Positions 1 to 11,015 of a stretch of 64,000 nucleotides of DNA are shown here, piece by piece; position 1 is the first letter of the stretch; each line of letters opens with the position of its first letter. The stretch is from Eledone cirrhosa (Eukaryota): the NCBI GenBank assembly GCA_964016885.1, contig OZ024742.1, positions 244,156,001-244,220,000 of the forward strand, given 5' to 3'. Below the pieces are notes generated by a model. It was not told where the DNA came from and did not search any database. It was given only the letters and a program-made list of their open reading frames with translations. The position numbers and the translations under genes are program-made.

Positions 1-2010
1 GGTACTTTCCTCCATTGCTAATTAAGTTGCCTAGATCGCAGAAGCTATTAACCACTTCTATGGGTCCTTCCTATGACTGAAATAGGTTTACATCCCTGGC
101 GTCCTTCCCCTCGGTGCATCTTCTATATACAAAGTCTTCCTTTCCTGTTAGTCTACCCATTAGCCAACTACATCTCTTGTGTATCCAAGATTCATATTGC
201 GTACATCATATGGAGTTATGCCTACTCCCTTTCTACATATTGATCAGGGCACTTCCATGAAGGAATCAGGGTCCTATCTTCTCTCCTACTCACTAATACT
301 TTAGTTTTGGCTAAGTTTACTCTCAGACGTTTTGATTCCAAATTATATTTCCATAGTTGGAACTTATTTTCTAGGTCTTTAATAGATTCAACTATAAGGA
401 CCAGATCATCTGCATAGAGAAGTTTCCATGGGCAACTGGTCTTAAACTCCTCTGTTATAGCCTGGAGAACTATAATGAATAGTAGTGTGCTAAGAACTGA
501 ACCCTGATGAACTCATACTACTACCATGAATTCCTTACTAAACTCACTTCCTACTCTCACTTTACTGACAGCTCCTCTGTACATGGCTTGCACTGCTCTC
601 ACCAGCCATTCTTCTATACCTAATTTCCTTAAAGACCACCAGATAATAGATCAAAGTAATGAACAATGGCTTATTTTTGGCTAGGAACTTCTCTTTTAGT
701 TGCCTCACTAAAAAGAGGGCATCTTTAGTACTTTTTCCAGGCATGAAACCAAACTGCATCTCATATAAATTAGACTCTTTCTCTAATTAGTTGAGCTATA
801 ACTCTTTCCATATATTCATAACTTTTTTATCCATTAGTTTTATTCCTCTTGAGTTGGTCCATTAGTTTTATTCCTCTTGAGTTGCTGCTTTCTAGAGCAT
901 CATCTTTGCCTTTATAGCAATTTATGATTGTAATACTATGCCACTCATTGGGTATGACACCGTTCTGTATAACCTGATTGACTAGGCGGGTTACTCTAAC
1001 TTCTCCTGATGCTTTTAGCAACTATCTCTGATGGTCCCACAGCTTTACCATTTGTTGTCTCTTTGATTGTTTCTTTAACCCTATAACTGTCAACTTCAAT
1101 GGCTGGTTCTTTCGTTGTGTAGATTAGAGCTATTTTCTCTTCCTCCCATTTATTTTCTACATTCATCAGTCTCTCATATTAACATTTCCAGGTCTCTTTC
1201 TTTTGAGCACCAGTGGTGCTAAATGCACAGGTATCATTTCTAACACACTTTCCCCAACAACATCACGATTCACACTGACACGCTGCCTTGCAATATGGAA
1301 TACTTCATGGCTCTGACCCTCGTGCCTCAACGTTGGCAAATTTTCTTTCTTCAGCCTTTCTCCAAGCTAGCTTTTCTCTTATTTGCCTAGTACCAGTCTG
1401 CTACCCCCATTTCCCCAATATTTCCATGCTTGTCGCCTGGCTTGAATGGCTCTATCCACGGATCTGTTCCACCAATAGGCCACCCTTGTCTGGCTGGTGC
1501 TCTGCTCCAGCCATGACTCTCGCCAGTAGTTCGCAAAAGGTTGTCACGTAAGAATTTCAAGTTGTCCTCTACATTATATGTATCTAGCTTGTTATCCCTC
1601 TCATGAAATGTATCCCATAGGGCCTTTCTAAACTTTCTGTCTCCTTATTTTCTTGCATATCTTGTTCTTGTGTTTATTTTGATGTCGCTAATAACTAACT
1701 GGTGTTGGGTGGTGGATTCTTCCCCAGAGAAGGCCTTTATGTTTATTACAGTCTGTTTATCTTGTTGTCTTACAAGTAAGTAATCAATTTGGCTTTTATG
1801 TGCACCTGATTGATATGAGATCAGGTGGCTGGGTAATTTCCTGAAATTTGTGTTGCAAATGATGAGTTCATTTGCCTTACAGAATTCCAGGAACCTCAAT
1901 CTCTCTTCATTTCTTGAGCCATAACCATAGCTGCCGTGGACTCTACTGAATCCATCCCTGTTCTGCCAAACATGCCCATTGAAGTCGCCTGCCAGGTTGA
2001 GGTCACCTTT
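1..2010 (-). mobile_element. Decayed RTE-clade LINE (APE endonuclease and RT fragments)
   Basis: Minus-strand ORF fragments GDFNGHV, QIDYLLVR, MLKASGE, MQFGFMPGKSTKDALF, collinear with the intact copy at 52045-53970; multiple stops and frameshifts. Confidence 0.92.
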
Positions 2011-2412
2011 ATCTGTACTTGAATTTACACACACACACATTAATCACTCAAAACTGCATTAGTTTATTGTCAAAAATCTTTCAACAGTTGATATCGGAGT
2101 TATTTCTTTTGCCAGTTGTTTTTAGATTTTAATCACCCTTGGAGGGATTTTTTCTTTTATCTATGTATTGCTTGGGTAATTTTAAGTGAGTTTATCATTC
2201 CAGTGTCTTGTAAAGTGAATGTTGTTAGGAATGGCATCCAGGTGTAGAAACTAAATGCAAAATGCAACATTTGAACAAAACATGGCCCTTTGACCGATTT
2301 AACCTCAGAATGTGGCCAACCCATAGAAAATAGACACTAAATGGTCATCATGATGATAGTGTGTGTACACACACACACACACACACACACATATATTACA
2401 TACACATACATA

Positions 2413-3418
2413 TAGGGTGTTCAGGCTAAATTTTTTTTTTTTTAAAGATAAAAAAAGGGAATATCTAATCAGGCAGTGTAACACCAAGTTGGTGTCTTTC
2501 TCAACTGCACCCTGCACATAATAATCCATAGGATTGCAATCATGGGAGTTAGAGTGCCAAACAATGGGGCTGGTGGGTCATAAAAATTCTGTGACAACTA
2601 CTTCTAAGTCTTCCCAGAGGTGTAGCATGGAGCTGAATCTTGCTTCCACATATATAAACTTCCAGAAGCCACCCTCTCTAAACAAGGCTTAACCACGGTA
2701 ATCAGCAACTCCACATAGCCTGCCAAATTGAGCCTGAGACCCTGTTCAAAGATATGAGGTGGCATGGCATAACTCCCACATCCAAAAACCATTACTTTTT
2801 GTGGAAACTTGGTGTTCATGACATGAGGGATGTCATATGGATTGTAGGCAAGCCATCAGAGAAGAACCAGATTGTCCTTGGTTCAACAGGATGTTTCATT
2901 TTGTTCAGGAGTTTCTTTGCCTTTGTCAGATGGTTTTCTTGAGCTTTTTCTGTTAAGAAGTTGGCATTTACGCTTCTTATATGAGTGGTAGTGGAAGTCC
3001 TCATTCAAGGCCAGCTTCATGGTGAAAGCTGCAACATTCATTTCAAGTGCTAAAGCTCACATTCCCTTGTCTGGATGTTCCATCACTTTCTCCTGCAGAT
3101 GTTGGATAAATTCTGGTGTACGGAGACAATCAAAACATCTGCTGTGTTCTTTCCTACAAGCCGCTGCCTCATAGTCTCCGTTGCAGCTCTTCATTTGACA
3201 TCTTATTGCTTTCACAGTGTTCAAAGAGCATTAAGCAGCTGTCATGATTGCGGAATTTTGATGTCCGGCACTAATCATCAAGATGCAGGTTATTTTTTTC
3301 CATTATTCAGGTGGTTTCCACTTGTCCATTTCAGTTATCTTTGATTAAGTTTCACAAGGCCGTTCACTTTTCACTGAAAAAAAATTTAGACTGTATCAAA
3401 TTTATCCCGAACACCCTG
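2413..3418 (-). mobile_element. Tc1/mariner-superfamily transposon relic (maT/DD37D-like)
   Basis: TIRs TA|TAGGGTGTTCAGGCTAAATTT and AAATTTATCCCGAACACCCTG|TA with TA target duplications. Transposase fragments WFFSD, KFPQKVMVFG, QDSAPCYT and NPMDY. Subfamily inferred from NPMDY only. Confidence 0.88.
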
Positions 3419-3474
3419 TACACACATACACACATTGGAAGGTTAGAGCACCCAGTCCATAGGACGAGACAAGT

Positions 3475-3633
3475 ATAATTAGTTAAAACAGTGACAAGTA
3501 CAGGTACTTAAGTTTCGTTGGGTTGTTCACCCCAACTCATTCAACCTAGCATATAATTCATTAAAAAATGAGTTGGGGTGAATAACCCAACAAAACTTAA
3601 GTACCTGTACTTGTCATTGTTGTAACTGATTAT
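3475..3633. repeat. Inverted repeat (about 67-bp arms, about 25-bp spacer), Penelope-like pLTR remnant
   Basis: 3475-3542 is the near-perfect reverse complement of 3567-3633. Flanked by CA/TG microsatellite and contains a hammerhead-like motif. Confidence 0.8.
3501..3548 (-). ncRNA. Minimal type I hammerhead ribozyme motif (variant core)
   Basis: Minus strand reads UAGG-UUGAAUGA-GUUGGG(GUGAACAA)CCCAAC-GAAA-C(UUAA)G-UA-CCUG: stem I, CUGANGA-like box (C3U plus 1-nt insertion), 6-bp stem II, GAAA, minimal stem III with palindromic loop, GUA cleavage triplet. Confidence 0.6.
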
Positions 3634-3943
3634 GTGTGTGTGTGTGTGTGTGTGTATATATGCACACATACACACCGCACACACTGATATGACTGAAAAA
3701 TGCCTGTTGCTTTCATTTGTTAGCTTTAAAGACCAAATCCACTCCAGTCTGCATTATCTATATTACCCAAAATGTTCGATCAATTGATCTTTTTGGAGTT
3801 ATTGCCAATAGGAACACCTTTTTAAATTCTGAGATTAATTGAATTTAGAAATCCTTTAGTTGAAAAGATTCAAGAAGGTTCATACAACATTTACAAAAAT
3901 ATAATGAATCTTTCTTCCTTTATGTTAGGCACCATAGCTTATT

Positions 3944-4155
3944 TTAACCCTTTCATGACCATATTTCTTATGAAATACATTGGGAAGGTTTTAATAAAAT
4001 AACTTTTTCATTAAGTTGGTGCTGGGAACATGACAACAAAGTTCTTACATCAAATTATGATGAAAAGTTTTAATTTAGATAAGAACATTTTAAAATGTCA
4101 CATTTTATTAAAGAATGTGAGGCACTTTCAGGCATGCTGGTATTGAAAGTGTTAA
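3944..4155. mobile_element. piggyBac-type MITE, degraded
   Basis: TTAA|CCCTTTCA...TGAAAGTG|TTAA ends. Confidence 0.55.
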
Positions 4156-6174
4156 AAATAGTTTTTAGATATCCTTGCTTCTCAAAAAACAGTTTTAATT
4201 TTATTGAACTGTTTTCCACCTCTCACCACTAACTACTAGACAGTAACATTTGTCTATGTACTGCGTAAATAATAATATTCCTTGAAGCTCAGTAAGTGTT
4301 GGTGTAAAGATGACTATCCAGCCATAGAATACTGCTTCATAAACGTTGAGTCCAACCCATGCCAGCATAGAAAAGCAGACATAAAAGCAATGATACCATA
4401 CAAATACAGCATCTCATATTACAAAATATTCCTTATGCCTCTAATTCCTTGTTGTAGTAAACACCATATACTACTTAAATTTTTATTTAAATATCATCAG
4501 CTATATGGAATTATTTATATAGCAACAATTTCTCTTGAAGCTATTTATATTAGCTTGTGATTCTAATTTACCGAATGTATTTGTATAACAACAATAAATT
4601 AAGTACTAATTGCTACTTGCTTTGATTAAACTGTACTAGTGTATCATATTGATCAATATAAACCTGGTTGTTGAATTTATTCAGTGGCCTTCATGATGAG
4701 TTTTTTTTTATGCTGAATCTCAATTACTAGCATCTATTGATAATTTCCATTTTATTTATCTTATTTACATCACTCTTTTCTTCATTTAGTAACTGTTACA
4801 GACTATTTTTAGTGCTCTACAATGGCTTATTTGTTTTCTGTAAACCTGGTGATTCAAAAAAGATTTGTTTGTGGGTTTTTTTCCTCCTCCCTGTAAGAAG
4901 CCTCACACTTAATTGAATTTATTCTGATATTAGTGTCTGCAGTTCTGTAATAGAGCAGAATGGCGAAATAATTATTGGAATGGCATAAAATGGAGTTGCA
5001 TTTGGTCCTAGTTTTAAGTTGAATGTTGTGCAAAGAAACAGTAAATGTTTGTTTTGTTAATCTGAATAAAAACAAACAAAACAATTATTGAATTTCACCA
5101 GATTGTAACTTGAATAGTATGATAGTTTCTAGCATTGTTATCTTTTATTGTATATATGAGAAATGTTCTCAAATGTGTTTATCAGTGAAGATTAGGGTTT
5201 TTTCTGTAATATCAGGCAACTAAAAATTATATCTCACATGCAAGGTAAGCTCTAGTGCTATTCTTGAATTGGTTAATAAAAGCAATGAATCAATGTTTGC
5301 AATAACAAAAGAGACCTCAGCAAAATCTAAAGCTGCTTTCTCTACTAACTAGCATACATGGCCTATAAAAATGTTCATTCATGAACATATGAAGGCAGCA
5401 TTCAATCTCAAACTAATTGACTGAATTCCAGAACATTTTTTAAAGGTCAATTATTTTTGTGGGGACAAAAAAGAAAGCAGAGTAAATGGAAGGTGTGGTT
5501 TAGTGAGTTTGCTCTCCCATACCTCACAATAATACTAATTATTACTAGGAGGTTCTGAGTTCAAATCTTTGCCTGTCATTTTACTGTGATCAATAAAATA
5601 CCAGACAAGCACTGGGGTTGATTTCATTGACTTTCCTCTCCCCAAAATGACTGGCCCTCTGCCTAAAATATTATATTTAAAGAAAGAAATATTCACCACT
5701 ATCCAGGGTAGTTGAGTAGCAGAAATGATACTGCCGGGCTAATGTTGGATTTAGTTACAGTATCTATGTTTCAATTTCATCTGGGTTCATTTTCCCCTTT
5801 ACATCATTGTAGAATCAATAAAAGAAGCATTAGGATTTATTCAACTGACTTACAAAATTTGTGAAATAAAAAAAAATATTATTGCCTATAAAGTTAATAA
5901 TAGTTTATCTTTTAATGATAGGTTTTTTTAAAAAGTTAGTTCATAATATAGCCATTATATTATTAAAAGTAAAAACAAACCATCATATATAACTGAAAAG
6001 TATGTGAAATGATATTATTATAACTTGTTTTGCAGTTATATAGTGGCTGCAATTATGTGTATGTCTTCTTCATCGGTATATACTGTATAAGCATCGTATG
6101 TAAATTGTTTCTAACTGCAATTATCATCTAACACTCTTCCTGCTACAATACTTACTGTTGTATGCGGTAACTGT

Positions 6175-6720
6175 GAAGGTGCATGGCACAGTGGTTAGAA
6201 CGTTGGGCTTACAGTCATGTGGTTGTGAGTTCAATTCCCAGACTGGACAATATGTTGTGTCTTTAACCCTTTAATGTTCAAACCGGCCAGAATTCTCTAC
6301 CTCTTTCTGTTGAAACTGGCTGTAACTGGCCGCTCAAACTGATGTTAAGGTATTGTTCTCAAAATAAATACTTTAAAAATCTCATAGATTCGATATTATG
6401 TGAGATATTATGCGAGGTTTACCATGCTAATATAATAGTATATATAGAGTAATGTGAATGCTAAAGGGTTAAGCAGGACATTTTATTTCATATTGCTCCA
6501 GTTCACTCAGCTGTAGAAATGAGTTGCAATGTCACTGGTGCCAAGCTGTATCGGCCTTTGCCTTTCCACTGGAGATCATTGGTGGCATAAAGAAAGGGAG
6601 AGTGATTTTATGGGTGACTGCTTGTCTTCCTCAAACAACCTTGCCAAGACTTGTGCCTCGGAGAGGGAACTTTGTAAGTGCTAATCCCATGGTCATTCGT
6701 GACCAAACGGAATCTTTACC
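6175..6720 (+). mobile_element. tRNA-derived SINE (second, CORE-like family) interrupted by a MITE
   Basis: A-box TGGCACAGTGG, B-box GAGTTCAATTCC. Body resumes after the TTAA insertion (gcaggacatttt...ttgctccagttcactcagctg). Related to minus-strand copies near 51190-51338 and 63700-63985. Confidence 0.75.
6263..6472. mobile_element. piggyBac-type MITE
   Basis: TTAA|CCCTTTA...TAAAGGG|TTAA; sister copies near 15683-16121 and 38204-38425. Confidence 0.85.
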
Positions 6721-7236
6721 TTTTTATGTGGTAACTAATATTTTGTAGAGATGTTTAAGTTATTCTCATTCTTGAAATATTTAAAACCTATCATTGCAGT
6801 ATATTGCTCTGGTGTCCATTAATGAAAATTATTTGTTAAATATAATTTTATAGTTTGGCTCTTTCATTATTGTTGTATTATGGCTGGAGTGTTTTGTTTT
6901 TTTTTCCATATTAAAAGATGATATTAATAGTCAGTCCATCCATCATGCCCTCTATATAGAGGAGGGAAATACTACTCCACCTCTCACTCCACTTCCCTCT
7001 CTCTCTAACTAAAACACGAATGAAAAGAATAGTTTTTTTGTGTGTGTGTTTTTCTGTATGTCCAACATATAGACAAAGCAACACATTTGCAAAAAACTTT
7101 TACTATGACAGGTTGTTGTTATTGAGAGAGAGAAGTTTTTAAAATTTTTTTTTTTATGTGAGTGTGTGTGTATTTCTGTGTTGCAACACAGACTTCATAA
7201 AAAGACTTTCACTATAATGACTGGTAGTTGTTGTTG

Positions 7237-7436
7237 NNNNNNNNNNNNNNNNNNNNNNNNNNNNNNNNNNNNNNNNNNNNNNNNNNNNNNNNNNNNNNNN
7301 NNNNNNNNNNNNNNNNNNNNNNNNNNNNNNNNNNNNNNNNNNNNNNNNNNNNNNNNNNNNNNNNNNNNNNNNNNNNNNNNNNNNNNNNNNNNNNNNNNNN
7401 NNNNNNNNNNNNNNNNNNNNNNNNNNNNNNNNNNNN
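7237..7436. other. Assembly gap (200 N)
   Basis: Run of N. Confidence 1.
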
Positions 7437-7474
7437 GCATTAAGAACCCCCCTCTCCCCTAGGCTACAGCTAGT

Positions 7475-8205
7475 AATAATTGTTTCTACTTTTGGCACAA
7501 GGCCACCAATTACTCAGTGTATTACTGGTACTTTATTTTATCGACCCCGTAAGGATGAAAGGCAAAGTTAACCTCAGCGGGATTTGAACTCAGAATGGCA
7601 AGGGCCGTAACTCAATGCGTCAAAGCATGACGGCCGACCCTCTACCGATACTGCCAATTCACCGCCCTTACAACTAGTAATAATAATGATAGCATTACTA
7701 GGCACATATTACAAAGAGTACTCTCAATATAGAAAAAAATAACACCACCAGAAACCACACTGTACATACCCAATGCAGTGACGATGCACAATAAAAATAA
7801 GACTAACAATAATTTCCTATTTAAGCACAAGGTCAGCGATTTGGGGGAAGGGGAAAGCTGATTATATCAACCCTAGTACTTTACTGGTACTTTATTTATA
7901 TATAAGGATGAAAGGCAAAGTTGACCTCAGCAAGATAGGAACGTAGGAAGTTGTAACTGAAGACCCCAAAAGCATTTTGTTCAATACTTTACCAACATTG
8001 TCAGTAATAATAATAATAATTGTTTCTATTTTTGGCACAAGGCCAACAATTACCCCAGTGCATTACTGGTGCTTTTTATTGACACCGTAATGATGAAAGG
8101 CAAAGTTAACCTCGGCGGATTGGGACTCGGAACGTAAATGGCCATAACTCTATGCTGCAAAGCATGGTGTCTGATGCTCTACCGATACTGCCAAACCTCC
8201 GCCCT
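7475..8205 (-). mobile_element. Cluster of three tRNA-SINE copies (main family)
   Basis: Reverse complements of the 10825-11015 consensus, separated by (AAT)n-rich spacers. Confidence 0.85.
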
Positions 8206-9029
8206 TTAATAACAATACTAATAACAACAACAATAATCATGATAATTTCTAATATAGGTAGAAACCACCTATTTGATGGAGGTAGTGAGTCGAATCGGTT
8301 GATTCCAGTAATTAATTAGGTCTTATTTATATCCACGTGGAAGAATAACAGACAAAGTTAATCCCAGCAAGTATATCTGTTAAAATATTTGAATGTGACA
8401 GGTATAAAGTTAAATAGAATTGGATTAGCTTTCCTTTCTATGTACTCCTATAGAATTATTACAGAAATTTACACTTCCCATATTTTCACTGTCTCATTCA
8501 ATTCAACATAGCTAAACATTCTTCACACCTGGCGCTTTGTTTTGAAGAACGATTTAAACACCTGCTCCAACAATTCATGCAAATGATAACTCATAATGTG
8601 GATTTTCAGAATTACTCAAGCTATCTAGCATGGAGAAAACAAATGCAAAAATGTTTAAAATATAGATATATCAAGAGTGGATAGTAAAATAACAGGTGTG
8701 ATGAAAGTTAGGTTATATTAGAAATAAATATAAGGAGTTTTGGTAACTGACATAGATTACTGCTCATTTTAGTTGTGAAATTAGCCTATTTTCACCAGAG
8801 TATTTGAAAGTATAATGTTAATGTAAACATGTTTTAAACTAACCTAGAACAGTTGCACTTGAAAGTTTTGATATTTACATGTTGAAATAAGTATTTATAG
8901 AAATGGTTGCACTTTCTACTTCTAACACTCAACTGTGAAGCGAGAGAACACCCTATCTTTTAGCTATGCTTTTGGGCAACAAGTAGAATAATGTATCATG
9001 CTCAAGTGATCTTATATATCATATTTTGA

Positions 9030-9165
9030 TTATCATCATCACCATCGTTTAACGTCCATCTTCCACGCTTGCATGGGTTTGGACGGGAATTTTCCCACTT
9101 GAGGCAAGATTGTTGTCTTGCTCGTATAGGACTGTCTGGCGAGTTTTCTACGGCTGGATGCCAGG
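9030..9165 (-). mobile_element. RTE 3'-tail fragment
   Basis: (CAT)n-cgtttaacgtccatcttccacgcttgcatgggtttggacggg, reverse complement of the RTE 3' end at 54225-54372. Confidence 0.8.
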
Positions 9166-9169
9166 AGCC

Positions 9170-9735
9170 AACTGGAAAGCCGCTTTCTAAAAATAACTAA
9201 CTCCAGCTCTTCTAGTCATATGCTGCCTATCAAGGTTCTCTCCTGGCAAATGCTGATCTTTAACAAAGCAAAGACAGCACTTCAATGACTGCCCTTCCTT
9301 TTTAAACCATAAAATATTTCAGCCCCCAACAACTACTCAATGTCTACAAGGCTGAAGTGTGACTAACTGGTGTATTACTCCCACATTTGTTACACACATG
9401 CACACACACACAGCATCCAAAGAAATACCACTCAAATGATTGGCAGGAATCCACTCACAAACACTCCCCAACCTCTGGCCCATAGACATGTTGTTGCTCT
9501 AGCTTGTCTTGTATAACCTCTGCTCAGGCATTCTTAAGTCTTTATTTCTACTTGCTGAAGCTCCTTACTATTATTACACCTAGACTTTTTCTCCCCAGAA
9601 TTTTGGCCCTCTGGAATTCCTTCTCTGCACATATTATGTGGCCATTTATTTATAACTATTCAGGAGGAATGTTAGTGAATGGCATGAATCTTAACAGTTT
9701 CAAGCAAGTGCAAAGGCTGTGGACATAGACCCTTC
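9170..9735 (+). mobile_element. Old CR1/L2-type LINE, RT C-terminal remnant
   Basis: Fragments LNVYKAEV, IQRNTTQMIG, PLAHRH, PRILALWNSF, LNSFK resemble CR1-group ORF2 C-termini. Confidence 0.55.
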
Positions 9736-10824
9736 TTCCAACTCAACCAAAAATCCAGTTATCTTTAACTCCTACCAACCCTCTTCAGTTTCAAATTGCC
9801 AATTCTTAGGAGTTAAAACAAGTTTTCTATCTAAAGCCATCCAACACTCATCATCTGTTTACTTTATCAGTTAAGTGCACCAACTAGTTCTGAACTATAT
9901 ATTTATTAGGTATAAAAGTAATTTTATCTTGTAAAACTTCAACATACTAAAGCAACATTATTCTCTTTCATAACTATATCCCCTCTCATGCGACTTTCTG
10001 TAACAGAAACTGAAATTGACCTTGTCCTCTTATAAAAGAGATGCTGTTTATCATATTTTTGAACAATGATTGTATTTGTAATCATAAAGTTGATGTTTCT
10101 ATAATTGTGTCTTAACTAACAGGCATTTTTGTGGAGTTACTGAGGGCAAGTGTAACAATATATATTATCATCATCACTGTTTGATGTCCATTTTCCCACA
10201 TTAGCATGGATTAGGTGAGTTGTCCTGTTGTGAGACCATGTCTTGCCCATACAGACTGAATAATAATTATTTTTACAATAATGAGCTACCAAACAAAAAA
10301 TCGTACTTGGTAATTAAAAAAACAAAACAATTAGATATCTCCTATTAACTTTGTTCAACATGTAACTTGAAATTCATCCATAGATCTCACACACTTGATG
10401 ATGTACCATAATTCAGTCTGGTAAAAAGAAACTATGTTGTGCACTCCAACATAATGTTTTGTTGTTTGTGATGCAGAGTAACAGTTTGGGCGCTTTCCAA
10501 CCAGTCTATTCTTTGTCTAAAGTGTTTTATAGTGATTATAGTAATGCCAAACAATGTGGATTTGTTTCATCAAAGTAGTTTTGATACCTTAAGATTAGCA
10601 TTGCCATGTAGGCATGAATGTGGAAGCTGATGCTATTTACAGGCATATATTTTATACTTGTTTAAATCAGTTGATTGGTCATTTAGTTGTTGTTTCTCTT
10701 TCAACTATAGAAGCCTTAATTATAATTGTATGCAATAAATTAAACATTTTATATGTATTAAAATTGACATGATATATATTTTTAAGACAGTTAAGCAGTC
10801 CACTCTTTATACTATTAAATGTAA

Positions 10825-11015
10825 GGGCAGTGTATTGGCAGTATCGGTAGAGGGTCAGGCGCCGTGCTTTGCAGCAAAGAGTTACGGCCCTTTATGGTCT
10901 GAGTTCAAATCCCGCCGAGGTTAACTTTGCCTTTCATCCCTACGGGGTCGATAAAATAAAGTACCAGTAATACACTGGGATAATTTCTGGCCTTGTGCCA
11001 AAAGTAGAAACAATT
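10825..11015 (+). mobile_element. Full-length tRNA-derived SINE (main family) with 14-bp TSD
   Basis: A-box TGGCAGTATCGG, B-box GAGTTCAAATCC, central GCCTTTCATCC...GGGGTCGATAAAATAAAGTACCAG, end AGAAACAATT. TSD ATTAAATGTAAGGG at 10814-10827 and 11013-11026. Confidence 0.93.

Noticed and set aside
818-885. Short tandem duplication TCCATTAGTTTTATTCCTCTTGAGTTG
   Set aside because: Ordinary slippage mutation within a dead LINE.
7154-7498. ORFs with poly-X
   Set aside because: They span the 200-N assembly gap.
10825-10915. tRNA genes at A/B-box sequences
   Set aside because: No cloverleaf; each continues into a SINE body, several with TSDs.
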